Assembly (NCBI GenBank): GCA_043228905.1
Contig: JBHGNT010000015.1
Location: forward strand, 17,546,001 to 17,610,000
Direction: 5' to 3'
Source of the DNA: Azolla caroliniana
Lineage: Eukaryota; Plantae; Polypodiophyta
Length of the DNA: 64,000 bases
A program made the translations under genes and the position numbers. Below, in pieces: positions 35,701 through 47,800 of the stretch; the first letter of the stretch is position 1, and every line of letters starts with the position of its first letter. Below the pieces are notes generated by a model. It was not told the origin of the DNA. It saw only the letters and a list, made by a program, of their open reading frames with translations, and did no database searches.

Positions 35701-38700
35701 TCATGACACTATCCCTCCCTTAAGAAGACGAGTGGAACGAGTCGACGCTGATTGAGGATCAGGTTTGTCGGGATATTGTCGGTGAAAATCAACAAGAAGA
35801 TCTTGAGCAGCATTGGCGACATACTCGACGGGCTCCCAAGTACGTTCGCTCGGACTATAGCTGAGCCAATAGACCAAATAATAAAGTTTGTTGTGAACAA
35901 ATTTGGAGTCAAGGATGGCAGCAACTTCATACTCCGGGCCGGTGTCAAACTCAAGGAGGGGCAGCGGTGGTGTAACACGATCGGGAATAGTGTTTGCTTG
36001 ATAAGGTTCAAGAAGAGAACTATGGAAGACCGGATGTATCCGAAGATGCAGAGGAAGATCAAGGTGAAACGTGACATCATTAACCTTACCGGTAATACGG
36101 AAAGGACCGAGTCGGCGATAATCCAACTTGTCGCACGGTCGAGTAGTCTTGATGTAAGAGCCAAACTCGATCTCCAATGGCAAAAGAGGAGGGCAGCCGA
36201 TGACGATCCGCGTAAGTCTTTTGTGTCTGTTGAGCATGACAAAGATGAATAGAGAGATCCGTCTGGATCTTGCGTAGTCTCTCCAAATGATCCTCGGCAC
36301 GAGGATTGGTAGGTAGCTCCAGGGTGTCAATCACCGACCAGCGAGGATGAGAACCGGTATAAGCGTAGAATGGGGAGACTCGAGTCGAGGAGTGAACAAC
36401 ATTATTATACGCAAACTCCACAAAGTGAAGAATCTCAGCCCAATCATCCTGTTTATAACTCAGGAAACACCAGAGATATTCCTCCAGCGTTTGGTTTGTT
36501 CGTTCCGCCTACCCATCGGTCTGAGGATGGTAGCCGGAGGAGAGGTTGCAAGAGACCTTGAGCATCTTGAAGAGATGCTGCCAAAATTTGGAGACGAATT
36601 GTGGTCCTCGATCACTAATGATACTGTCTGGGAGGCCATGATGCCGAAATACCTCACACATGACACGGGCGGCGGTTTCCTCGCTAGTGATGGCCTTAGT
36701 ACACGGCACAAAATGTGCCATCTTCAAACCCCTTCGAGACCGGCAGATCTATGATAAAGTCAAGACAAAAAGACTACCACGGATTACTTGGAATCGGTAA
36801 GGGTTCCAACAAGCCATATGGATGGTGTCGTAGCATCTTTGCTCAGCAACAAGCATCACAGGTCCGAACGTAGTCATAGACAAAACGTCGCATATGGGGC
36901 CACCAAAAGATCGTTGAACTATATCCAACGTCTTAGTGCTACCGAAATGTCCCGCCATATGGGTGTCATGACAATTTTGGACGATTTGAAGGCGACAGGA
37001 GCAATCGGGGACATATACAAGCTTTTTAAAGAATAGCAAACCATCATGATATTCGAATTGTCGGTAGTCCATACCTGGTTGTTGAGACTGGGAACAGGAT
37101 TCCCGAGAGGTATCAATATGCGCCAGAATGTCTTGAGCAAAATTGTTCGTCTTCAAGTTCGCACGTGTGGTGTCGGTAATCTGGGAATCCATTGGGGTGT
37201 GAAAAATCCATGTTGTGTGCAATCGTGTTGGTTCCAACATGACTTGCTTTTGATTATCGAATGTTGGATCACCAGAACGAGGTGCAAGATATGAACGCCG
37301 TGATAGTACATCTGCCTTTCCTTGCTGCTTCCTCGGTCGATATGCGATTTTGAAATCAAAACGTGTGAGGAATTGAGCCCACCTAGCTTGCCATCGATTT
37401 AGCACATGAGCATTCTAGAAATAAGAAAGATTCTTGTGATCATTGAAGACGATGACCTGATGTGGAGAGCCCTCCAAAAAATGCCACCATTGCACAAATG
37501 AATCCACGATGGCCAATAACTCCTTGTCATGTATTTCGTAGTTGATTTCCACAGCATCGAATTTGCGCGAATGGAAAGCCATAGGATGTAACTCTTCTTT
37601 ATCTCCTTGTTGAGAAAAGATGCTACCAAGGGCGAAATCTGATGCGTCGGCCTCCATGATGAATGGTTTGTTTGTATCCTCATGAGCTAGAATAGGTGAT
37701 GATGTAAAGGCTTTCTTAAGATGCCGAAAAGCCATGTCCGCTTCATTGGACCAAAGAAATGCTTGTCCCTTCTTCGTAAGTTGTGTGAGAGGTAAAATAA
37801 TCTTCGAGTAATCCTGTATAAACTTGCGGTAGAAGTTAGCAAAACCTAGAAAACATTGTACATCTCGTACTGACCGTGGAATTTGCCACTCTAGCACAGT
37901 TTGGACTTTAGTTACATCCATGGAGATGCCCTTTGATGAGATAATGTAGCCTAGAAATTCCACTTGCTTGCAGTCAAAGCTACATTTTTCTAGCTTGGCA
38001 TAAAGACCATTCTCACGAAGTCGGTTTAGTACTAATAGTACATGAGAATCATGCTCTTCCTGGGTCTTCGAATAAATCAAGAGATCATCCAAATAGATCA
38101 TCAAACAGATATCCAAGAGGTCTCTGAATATATCATTTGCCTTGTGTTGGAAGACTGTGGGTGCATTGGTTAAACCGAACGGCATAACCATATATTCGAA
38201 ATGCCCATACCGCGTGCGAAAGGCGGTCTTCCATTCATCTCCCAGTCGGATCCGCACGAGGTTATACTCTCCTCATAGATTGATTTTTGTAAAAAACTTG
38301 GCACCATTAACTCGCTCTAAAAGACTTGATATAAGAGGAAGTGCATACCTATTCCGGATGGTGACCTTATTTAAGCCGCGGTAATCAACGACGAGACGAA
38401 GTGAGCCATCTTTCTTCTTGACAAAGAAGATAGGTGCTCCGGCCGGAGATTTCGAATGACAAATAAACCCGCTTGCCAAGTTCTCCTCTATGTAGGCTCG
38501 AAGGACTTCTAACTCGGTGGGTGAAAAGTTGTAGATTGGTTCCCATGGTGGCTCTACTCTTGGTTGTAAATCGATGGGACAATCGTAGGGACGATGATGA
38601 GGAAGAGTACCAGCTTTTACCTTGTCAAATACGTCGGCATAAGGATGATATTTCACCACAAGTTGCACTAAGGATTCCTCCTTAATATCGCTGGAAGGAT

Positions 38701-39249
38701 GTACTGATATGGCGAATAAGAACATTGCCTCCTTGTGTCCTTTTCGCGTAGTTGATGTAGTGAAATGGTCGAAACTCGATGAGTAAATTCTGGGGGTTGT
38801 CGATATCGAACTTCTCTTGTTCTCCAATCTATGTCTGGATTATGTAGTTCAAACCAAGGTAATCCCAAGACAATGGGATGCTCCGAACTACTAATTATAT
38901 TAAATGATACTGCACACACAAAACTACCTAGGACAACTTGAATGGGTTCTGACTCTTCTACAATATTCCCGGAAGCAATGGGACGACCATCAATGACTAC
39001 TATAGATGCGGGGCAAGGAAGTTTTCTTAAGGATATCTGAGAAGCTTGGGCAAAATTTCGATCCATGAAACAGGAATTGGCTCCGGAATCTAAAAGTGCT
39101 AGGACTTGTATTAGGGGAGTACTTTTAGTACTAACCATGACTTGGGCTAGGAACACATTGCTAGCTTGCTTGGAGGGAATGGAACCACTAATGGGTTGTA
39201 CAGATCTAGGGTTGTCCAACCAAACGACTCCTATTTTGGCTGGACTCAA
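35701..39249 (-). pseudogene. pol: Tcn1-like pol with C-terminal chromodomain
   Basis: ALLDSGAN, IYLDD, EADASD, GYHPQTDG, EYEVAAILDS...YYLVYW...ERTWEP (~35760-35935). Confidence 0.92.
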
Positions 39250-39495
39250 TCGTTTAACTCTTCATCTAATTGACTAAGGATTTCAAATTTTTTTGAGATA
39301 CTTGGGCTATTAGTACTATTAAGACTATCAGACACTCTATTAGTACTATTAATACTATCATATACTCCTAAGGGAAGAATTGACTCGGGTTTAGTACAGG
39401 CTAAGATTTGATTTACCTATCTTCTTGGCCTATGAGGACAATTGATTGCAATATGCCCTGGTCCACCGCAATAAAGACATAATCGATTTGCACGT

Positions 39496-40229
39496 TGTCA
39501 TGAAGAATTTCGGCTAGAGGCGGAAATCGGGAAATGTTGGCTACATCGGTGGGGTGCAGCATGTGCGCTCGCCCTTGTACATTTAGTGTGAATAACGAGG
39601 GCGCCTTTATGGCGCCGAACAGTAGTTAAGTCGGGGTTATCCCACATTGTAACGCATCCCTCTCCTTGTTCTATAAAAGGAAGGGAGCGCCCCTTTACGA
39701 AGGGGTTGCCCATTTTGTATTAGTAGGGTATATCGTTAGATGAAGAGACGTTCTCTCTTCCTCTTTCTCTCTTGTTTTAGGGTTTCTTCTTCTCCTCCTC
39801 CTCCTCTGCTTCTTCTTCGTCACTCTATGAGTCTAGCTTGATACCTACAAGTTCTGTATCTGCCCTGTCTCCTGTGCAAGACCCCGCTCGGCGCGACGAG
39901 CCCGTGAGCTCCCCGACCGGCGGCGTGGCAGTAGAGGATTGTTGTATCTTGCTTCTTGTAAATATACCTATGGAAGATTCTGCGTTTTTGGTGTCTGTGT
40001 GGGTGTTTTAGTGTTTCCTTACTTCTGTTTCTGTACATAAGCGTGAGTGGGGTCGACACTGTGTGTGCGTGTGTCGGCCAGGGGTGCGCGCGTGTTCTTC
40101 TCTCCCTCCTTCTCGGTTGTTTCCGGCGTCCAGGAAATGGTGAATCACGACTTCCTACGCTCCGTCACTCCCTAGTCCAAGAACCCCGTGGTCCCGCCCT
40201 TCTACACGCACGCGCGAAACTTCACGACA
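39496..40229 (+). repeat. Solo LTR (4-bp TSD family) inserted in Tcn1-like gag
   Basis: TGTCATGAAG...CTTCACGACA; TSD ACGT (39492-39495, 40230-40233); empty site GGCACGTCGTCG at ~24201. Confidence 0.92.
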
Positions 40230-41293
40230 ACGTCGTCGTTGTTTTTCTTCTTCCGATAACGAGCCACGTCGACGCATGGTGTCGATCTCCATCGGTGTCA
40301 GAGTATTTTCTTGAGGTACGTCACGTGCAAACGGTTTAGCCGCGACTGAGGCATAACTGGGCTCCGGCCTAGAGCGTAGTATTTGTAATTGATGTTCCCA
40401 ACGCCGTTCAAAAAGGCGGTTGTCGCATCGGACCGCTCGACTAATTGCCTCCGTAAGAGACTTTGGTTCTTCGGGGAAGGTTAAAAGTAAATCTTTGACA
40501 TCGTTTCGCAGGCCGTAGCGAAACTGCTCCATGAGTGCCTGATCATCCCAGGGGATATCTGAGGCGAGTAGACGAAAATCTGCCGCGTAGGCAAAGGCTG
40601 GACGATCGCCTTGACGCAATCGTTGGATCTTGTTGATCGTTGTCCTGTCGGTGTCTCCAAAATAGTCTTTAAACTTACTAATAAAATCTTCAAAGTTATT
40701 AAGCAAGGGCGATTGTTTTTCTAGAAGCGAAGCGAACCATGCTAAGGCTAAGCCGCTAAGCAACGTGCCTATTAGGCCGACTCAGGATGCATCAGTGGGG
40801 TATCAGGAAGGATGCATTTGGATGACTAATTGTACCTAATTAAGGAATCCCCGGAATTGCGATTGCGTTCCATCAAATTTCACAGGAAGTCCAATCTTCG
40901 GCTCCTTATGAAATCCTTGGGGACTTGATCCCTGTTGTTGCAATGCTGCTTCGAGTTGTTGTGCCTGTAACGCTAACTCCCCATGTTGTTACTGCGTTTG
41001 TTGTTTTTCTAGAGCGATTTGTTGCAGATCCCCTATCAGTCGTTGGTTTTCTTGTTCCAAGGCAACAAATTTTTCTTTTAGGAACTGTAGCTCAGAGAAA
41101 ACGGATTGATATTCTTGGGCGCTAATAGTAGCCATAGTATAGGGAAAAGGGTAGGAGGATGAGGGAGAACGACAAGTAGGCTTGAGGAGAAAATTGGTTC
41201 CAACTCTCAAGAATAGTACTAAAGCAGAGAGAGAATTAGTACTAAAGAAGAGAAGTACTATTAGTACTAAGAGGACGGGACTGCGTAAGATTC

Positions 41294-41330
<37 letters not shown>

Positions 41331-42036
41331 GGAGGATGAGAGAGAGAGAAGGAGATGATGATAACAGTTATATATTATGTGAAGGATAAGTACAAAGTGG
41401 TTAAGAGGCTTAAGACTGGCGTTGAACCAATTTGGTTTAACATAATGCCTAGTGCCTTCTTTTATAATGTTCTCAGGAGTAATCCTTAAGCTTCTAGAAT
41501 GTTCTAGAGAAATCTGGAATATACATTAATTTCTTATAATAAAACATAAATTAAAATAATATTTTACAAATTACAATAGATGGTCATGGGTTCGAGTTTT
41601 GCCATATCATGACACTTATTCTTCTTTTCTATCCACTTCATCAAGGCATGTCGAGTCATCCTCGACAAATCTTCCGTCGCGAACTCCGCTAATATCGCTT
41701 TCTCGAAGTCCGACCACGTTGTCTTCCCTTCTTGAAGCTCGATGACACGCCTTTGGATGTTGTTGGTGACAACTCTCTTGAAGCTTGTGATTTGACGTGC
41801 TTCAAACACGTCCCGTTGATTCATCTCCCTTTTGTATGCATCAAGGAACTTCGTAATGTTCCTTCCGTCGAATTGACCCTCGAGCTCCACGACGGCCTTC
41901 TCCACGCTCACATCATTGTCTCGAGATCTCATCATTTGTTCAACGATCAGCATCATCCTTTCGAAGTCTCCCGCTTGATTGCTTGAGGACGGCATCTCCA
42001 AGTGTTGGTCTCGACTTGATCCTTCCTACCGCCTCG

Positions 42037-42054
42037 TTCACGTCGAGTTCACCA
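42037..42054 (-). promoter_or_regulatory. tRNA-Trp primer binding site
   Basis: TGGTGAACTCGACGTGAA, 8 nt from the LTR end. Confidence 0.8.
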
Positions 42055-42062
42055 CTTGATTA

Positions 42063-43172
42063 TGTCGTGAAGATCCGACACTATGTGCGGATCGTGAGGT
42101 GGAACCGCCGGGGTTCTGGACCGGAAGGACTCGAAGCACGCACTAGCTTTAGCGAGAAATGATTTAAGATGGATTGAGGGAGAGAGATTGAGATAAGACT
42201 AATATGGCGAGAGATAGAGAGTGAGAGAGATAAGATCGAACTTTTAACTTTAGATTTGAGAGACAAGATATATAATCAAATGGAGAACGGATTTTTCTTC
42301 TTCTTAAATTCTTGAAAAAAAACATAACATACTTTTGATCTTTTTCATCCATCCTTTTATAGATACTCCCATGCATATGATGCATGCGGGTACAAGACAT
42401 GCATGGAATGCATGTGATGCATGTGATGCATGTTTGCCATTTGGCACTCATGCATCACATGTCACTCAATCAAGCTCTAATATGAGAATTTACATGTAAA
42501 AGTATAATGATAGGAAAAACATTTCTAAGGCAAAGTCATAGCCTAGTGGTAAGTCTATAGACTCTCAATGTGGAGGTATAAGGATCAAGTTTTCTCCTTC
42601 ACTCTATTTTTGAATATACACGCACACACGCACACACATATATATATGTTTTTTATTATTTATGTATTTTTACAAGGCATTCCTCCGTCCTGTCGTTGTC
42701 TTGTCGGCTCCGTCGGTCGCGGTCGCCGGGTGATGTCGGATGCCGGATCCCGTCGGTCGCCGCCGTCGTCAGATTCGTCCAAAATACATAGTTATATGCA
42801 TTTGGCTACATCCATTCGTTAAGTCATACAACTTAACCTTCCTATGCTCCACACATAAACACAAAGATAATAGCTTTTGTTCTATCTTATATATGGTGGG
42901 TTCCTTATTTGTCCGTTCTATGTGGGATATCACATATTTTTCTCTTCTTCTTTGCAAACTTCGTACCCACATAACTTGACACTTAGATGTCTGTTTCTTA
43001 CATAGTAAAGCACATTCAGAACCTCTTCAAGACTCCATCTTTTTGTACCAAGATATTAAACTTATTTAAAATAGTATCTTTACTATTATTGTTTATATTT
43101 CGTGAGAAGAACCATGCTCGATTTCATATGTTTCTTACAAGTTTCACACTATCGCTGAAAATCTTCACGACA
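42063..43172 (-). repeat. 5' LTR
   Basis: Direct repeat of 28829-29939, followed by the PBS. Confidence 0.95.
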
Positions 43173-44774
43173 TCGTCATCCGACTTGACAACCAACTGCT
43201 CCTCGGTCGGTTCGAATGGAGCCGAATCGGACTCATACCATGATGCCGATTTGTCAAAAACTACGTCTCGACTCACCCGAACCACTCGGGTCAAAGAGTT
43301 GAAGCACTTGTATCCCTTTTTCTTAGATGAGTATCCTTCGAGGATACATTTCTCTAACTTCGCGTTGAGCTTTTGTCATTGTTCGTTCAAGATGAGCACA
43401 TTCGCAATGCTTCCGAACACTTTGAGGTGAGAAAGGATCGGCTTCCTTCCAACAAAGGTGTCGTATGGAGTTAGCTCATGTACTGCATTAGTGTGCACCG
43501 ATTCATGAGATAGACTATTGTGGATGCCGCTTCGGCCCAATAGAAGTTCGGCATGTGCTTCTCATGCATCATGGCACACGCTACCTCGAGTATGTTCCGA
43601 TTCTTCCTTTTGGCTACCCCATTTTGTTGGGGCGTGTGCCGGCACAAAAATTCTCTCCAAATGCCTTCACCTTGAAGGTAGGAGATGAATTCGTTGGAGA
43701 AGTACTCATTGCCTTCATCCAATCGTAGGCACTGAGTGTGCCAACTGGTTTCTTTTTCAACCTAGCTCTTGAGCTTTTGGAATTGTGAGAGCACTTCACT
43801 CTTCTACTTTATCGGGAAGATCCACGTGTAGCAGGAGTATTCGTTGATGAAGGTGACGTAGTACCGGCATCCTCCAATGGTCGGTCCCCATACATCCGAG
43901 TGGATTACGTCAAGGAGTCCTTTGCTTATGTAGCTCTCCTTTCGAAATGGGGGTCGGTGTTGTTTTCCGAGTTGGCATGCTTCGCATACTTGGTCAACTC
44001 GTTTCGACTCAAAATTTGGGAGTCTGATAGCTACTCCCTTTGACTGCATAGCTCGGAGCCATTGGAGGTTGATGTGGCCGATTCTCTTGTGCCACAACTC
44101 GATGTTCATCTCGGTTTTGAGACCTTTGGCATACATGGCCGATTTTACCTTGTCCCAATCGAGAATAAACATTCGGCCTTCTCTCCGTCGTCTAGCTATG
44201 AGTCGGCTATTCTTCTTTATAAAGCATCCTTCGTTGTTGAAACGAACTTGCATTCCTTGCTTCACGATTTGGCCTACTGAGACCAAATTCTTTGTTATTG
44301 TAGGACCTGCAAGACATTCTTGATGCAATTGTGTTTTCCATCGTTGCCGAATGGAACGTTGATGATGTGCCGAATGAGATGTGTGGTGTCATCTCCCGTC
44401 TCTATGTAGTCGGGTTTATCCGGCATTCTTAAGTCATGAAACCACTCTTGGTGTGGCATCATATGATGTGAGGCGCCGGAGTAAACGAACCACACGTCTT
44501 CCTAGTTGGAGGTGCTTGTGGAGTCGGAGGCCGTTATAGAGTTCACTCTATGTCTCATTACGAATAGACCACCGTAGTCTTCAAAGTCAAAGTTGGTAGC
44601 GTAGTTTGTGAGTTGCCGGCTTGTGGAAGCCGACTCTTGTCTTTTCTTTCAACACTCCTCTTCACGATGGCTGATCTTCCCACAATAGTTGCAACTAAGC
44701 GGCATCATTTGCCGACCTTGTTTGACATGGAAGCTCCCCCTTTTTTCGAAGGTTCCTAAATGGTTTCCGACCAT
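43173..44774 (-). pseudogene. pol: Copia B zinc knuckle, protease, GAG-pre-integrase and integrase core
   Basis: CNYCGK..H, WFVYSGASHHM, ELWHKRIGH, CEACQLGKQ, IHSDVWGP, TPQQNGVA. Confidence 0.88.
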
Positions 44775-44801
44775 GGTTGTTTACATACTCATATTTAACG
44801 T

Positions 44802-47800
44802 TGTTGAGAGACAAGCTCAACATCGGCCGGATCGGCTGAGGAAGCCGAGGACCGGATCAGCTGGGACCGATCGGTTAGGCCGTTAGGAAAGATATTCCGT
44901 GAGGAATATATTTGGGAGTTAGTGTAGGAGCTCTTGATGAGCATTGAAGTACTGTCAGTACTCCAGTCAGTCCTTCTAGGGCTTGTACAAAGTGTTCATT
45001 GAACACATATATGTATAGTTTTTTGTCTTTCAAATATATTCTCCTTTTTTGGTGTCTTCTCTCAATCTCTCTCGGTCTCTCCCGCATATACTGTGTAAGC
45101 TCAAGCTCTCCATCAAACCTGAGTGTTCTCCTTTCTATTCTGTCTTTATACTTGCTTCCGCACGGTACTTTTTACATGGTATCAGAGCGCGAGGGTTGAG
45201 AACCTCTCTGCAGCCGACACAACTTGACGAAGAAGAACAAGAAGAATGATGGATAGAGGCATGGCGAGCTCGCTTCCAACAGAGAAGCTCGACAGAACCA
45301 ACTACGCGTCTTGGTCCTACAAGATGCACCAGTACCTGCTCGGGCACGGCTACTGGAGTTATGTCGAAGGAGCTAATGACGCGGCACCCGAATCGACACA
45401 TAGAGACTTTCCGTCGTGGGAGAAATCGGCGAGCAGGGTATTATACTGCTTCACGTCGTGTGTGGGTGAACAGCTATTGAGCTATGTTCGGGATGCAAAG
45501 ACGCCGAAGGGTGCGTGGGAAAATCTGAAGAAGATTTTCGCTGCGAGCACCACAGCCAGGAAGCTTCAGCTCTGACAGGAGTTGAGCAACCTACGACAAC
45601 GCGACTTGTCGGTGGCGGACTATACCTCGAAGATCAAGGATATCTACGACTCCCTCGCCTCCATAGAGGTGAACATCGAGGAGAGCGAGATGGTCCAGAT
45701 CTGTCTCAGAGGTTTGGCGTCGAAGTTCGGAGCGTTTCGAACGGTTGTGTGTACCCGGGAGAATACGTCGTCCTTTTTTGACTTACAGTCGATGCTCCTG
45801 GTAGAGGAGAACCACGTGGGTGCGTCTACAAGCACGCACACCGACAGCAGAATGTCGTACACGGAGGGAGATAGGCCTCGTGGACGTGGAGGACGAGGCG
45901 AGTCGGCGTGCAATGGAGGCGGCCGACGAGATCAAGGAAGAAGGCATTGAAGTGATGCCGACAGCAACTCCAGACCCTCCGGAAACAGGGGGAGTCGAAG
46001 CGATGAGAACCGGCAAGGGAAGGCCATCGCGGAGTGCTGGTACTGTGGCAAGAAAGGCCATAGGGAAAGTGAGTGCTGGAAGAAGTGCGTCGATTCGGAG
46101 AGAACCGGTTCCGGAAACGGCTCCAGACATACCGACAAGGGAAATCGGCAGCAATCGCACTACGCCGAAGACTCCGGGAGAGCCGGAGAAGGGTCTGCCT
46201 TCGTGTCGAGACACGAAGCAAACTCAATGAAACAGAGCACCCCAAGATCGAACGAGGTGTGGTAAGTAGACTCTGGCGCGTCAAACCACATGACGAGCCA
46301 TAAGGAGTGGTTCTCGTACCTTGAAAAACCGATACAACCTGGAGTAGTCGCAACAGGAGACGACACTCTGCATCCGATCGCGAATGTCGGAGAAGTTCCC
46401 CTTAGCCATGTCGGGCAGAAAGGGAAACTCATGAACGTGTTGCACGTTCCGACAATCACGAAAAACTTGGTCTCGGTCGGACAGATCGTCGACCAAGGGA
46501 TGGAGGTTAGGTTTGCACACCTCGGGTGCTTCATTGAGGAAGAAGGCTGTGTGATTGCGCAAGGGCGCAGAGACGGGAGGATGTTCATCCTCGACTCCAC
46601 TGACGGCGGCACCGCAATGTTCGCGAAGGGACAAAAATCCGAGTCGGACATCGACTTGTGGCACAAGCGGATAGGCCACATCAACCACCAGCGGCTTCAA
46701 GATCTGCAATCGAAAAAGGTAGTGTTCGGATTGCCCAAATTTAGTTGCTGAAAGGCACAAATTTGTGAAGCCTGCCAGCTCAGGAAGCAACACCGACTTC
46801 CCTTCCCCAACGAGCGAAACCGGAGCCGGAACAAGCTCGACCTTATACACTCCAATGTATGGGGGCCAGCACAAAACGTTAGTCTTGGCGGGAGCCGATA
46901 TTTCGTCTCCTTCATCGATGACCACACGCGGCACACGTGAATCTACCTCATTGAGAGGAAGAGCGAAGTCTTCAACTATTTCCGGGACCTCAAAGGGTTC
47001 GTGGAAACAGAAACGGGACGAAAGATCAAGTGTCTGCGGTCGGATGGCGGGAAAGAGTACTTTTCCGGTCAATTCAATGGTTTCCTACAACAAATGGGAA
47101 TTCACCGCGAATTCAGTTGTAGATACACGCCGGAGCAGAACGGCGTGGCCGAGAGAAAGAATCGGTCAGTTGTGGAAGCGGCACGGGCAATGCTGGAGGA
47201 GAAGAGCTTGCCCAAGTTCTATTGGGCCGAGGCGGTAAGGACCGCGGTATACATCCAGAACCGAATCGGAGACAAAGTGTCGGCACACAAGCTATATTTC
47301 GGAACGAAGCCGAACTTACGACACTTGAGGGTGTTCGGTAGCATTGCGTATGTGCATATACCGAAGGAGAAAAGGAGGAAGCTGGACGCAAAGGCCGAGA
47401 AATGCATCTTGGTCGGTTACTCGGACGAACAGAAGGGTTATAAGTGCTATAACCCTCGCACCAAACAAGCGCGTGTCAGCCGCGACATTGTGTTTGACGA
47501 GTCTGCGTCCTGGTACCTGCCCCCGACTACGAACCTCGACTCCAATCCGAGCTCTGACAATGAGGTCAGCGAGGCCGAGATGCCTCCGGATGAGCCCGAA
47601 ATCGAGACCCGCGAAGAGAGTCCGATTTCACTCCGGTTAAGTGGACCGATTGAACGACTGAGTCGGTACGACCAATCCGATGAAGAGCCGGCGAGTAGTG
47701 GAGACTCGGCCGTGCATTCCCTGCGCAGGAAGCCGAGGAGACGGCTTACGCGCAAAGAGAAAGGGAAGAAGAAGGTGTCGGATTCCGGCACGGAAAGGAA

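Larger units (their letters stand above)
35306..41614 (-). mobile_element. Tcn1-like chromovirus copy 2, full length, decayed
   Basis: LTRs 35306-35708 and 41205-41614; TSD CTTAT (35301-35305, 41615-41619); PPT AAGGGAGGGATAG; gag from 41135; pol 39249-35701 ending in a chromodomain. Confidence 0.92.
33505..42001 (-). pseudogene. gag: Gypsy gag-protease, split by Tcn1-like insertion 35306-41614
   Basis: Gag 42001-41615 continuing 35305-33940 (KKNK|KMSAS; CVWCDSMDHMRRDC knuckle); protease ALIDHDSEINLM 33921-33505. Confidence 0.85.
28829..43172 (-). mobile_element. Full-length non-chromovirus Gypsy (Phygy-like, tRNA-Trp primed), decayed
   Basis: ~1.11-kb LTRs 28829-29939 and 42063-43172 with 12-bp terminal IR TGTCGTGAAGAT; TSD TCGT; PBS 42037-42054; PPT 29940-29955; gag-PR-RT-RH-INT order, no chromodomain. 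Lineage name is from recalled motifs. Confidence 0.9.
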
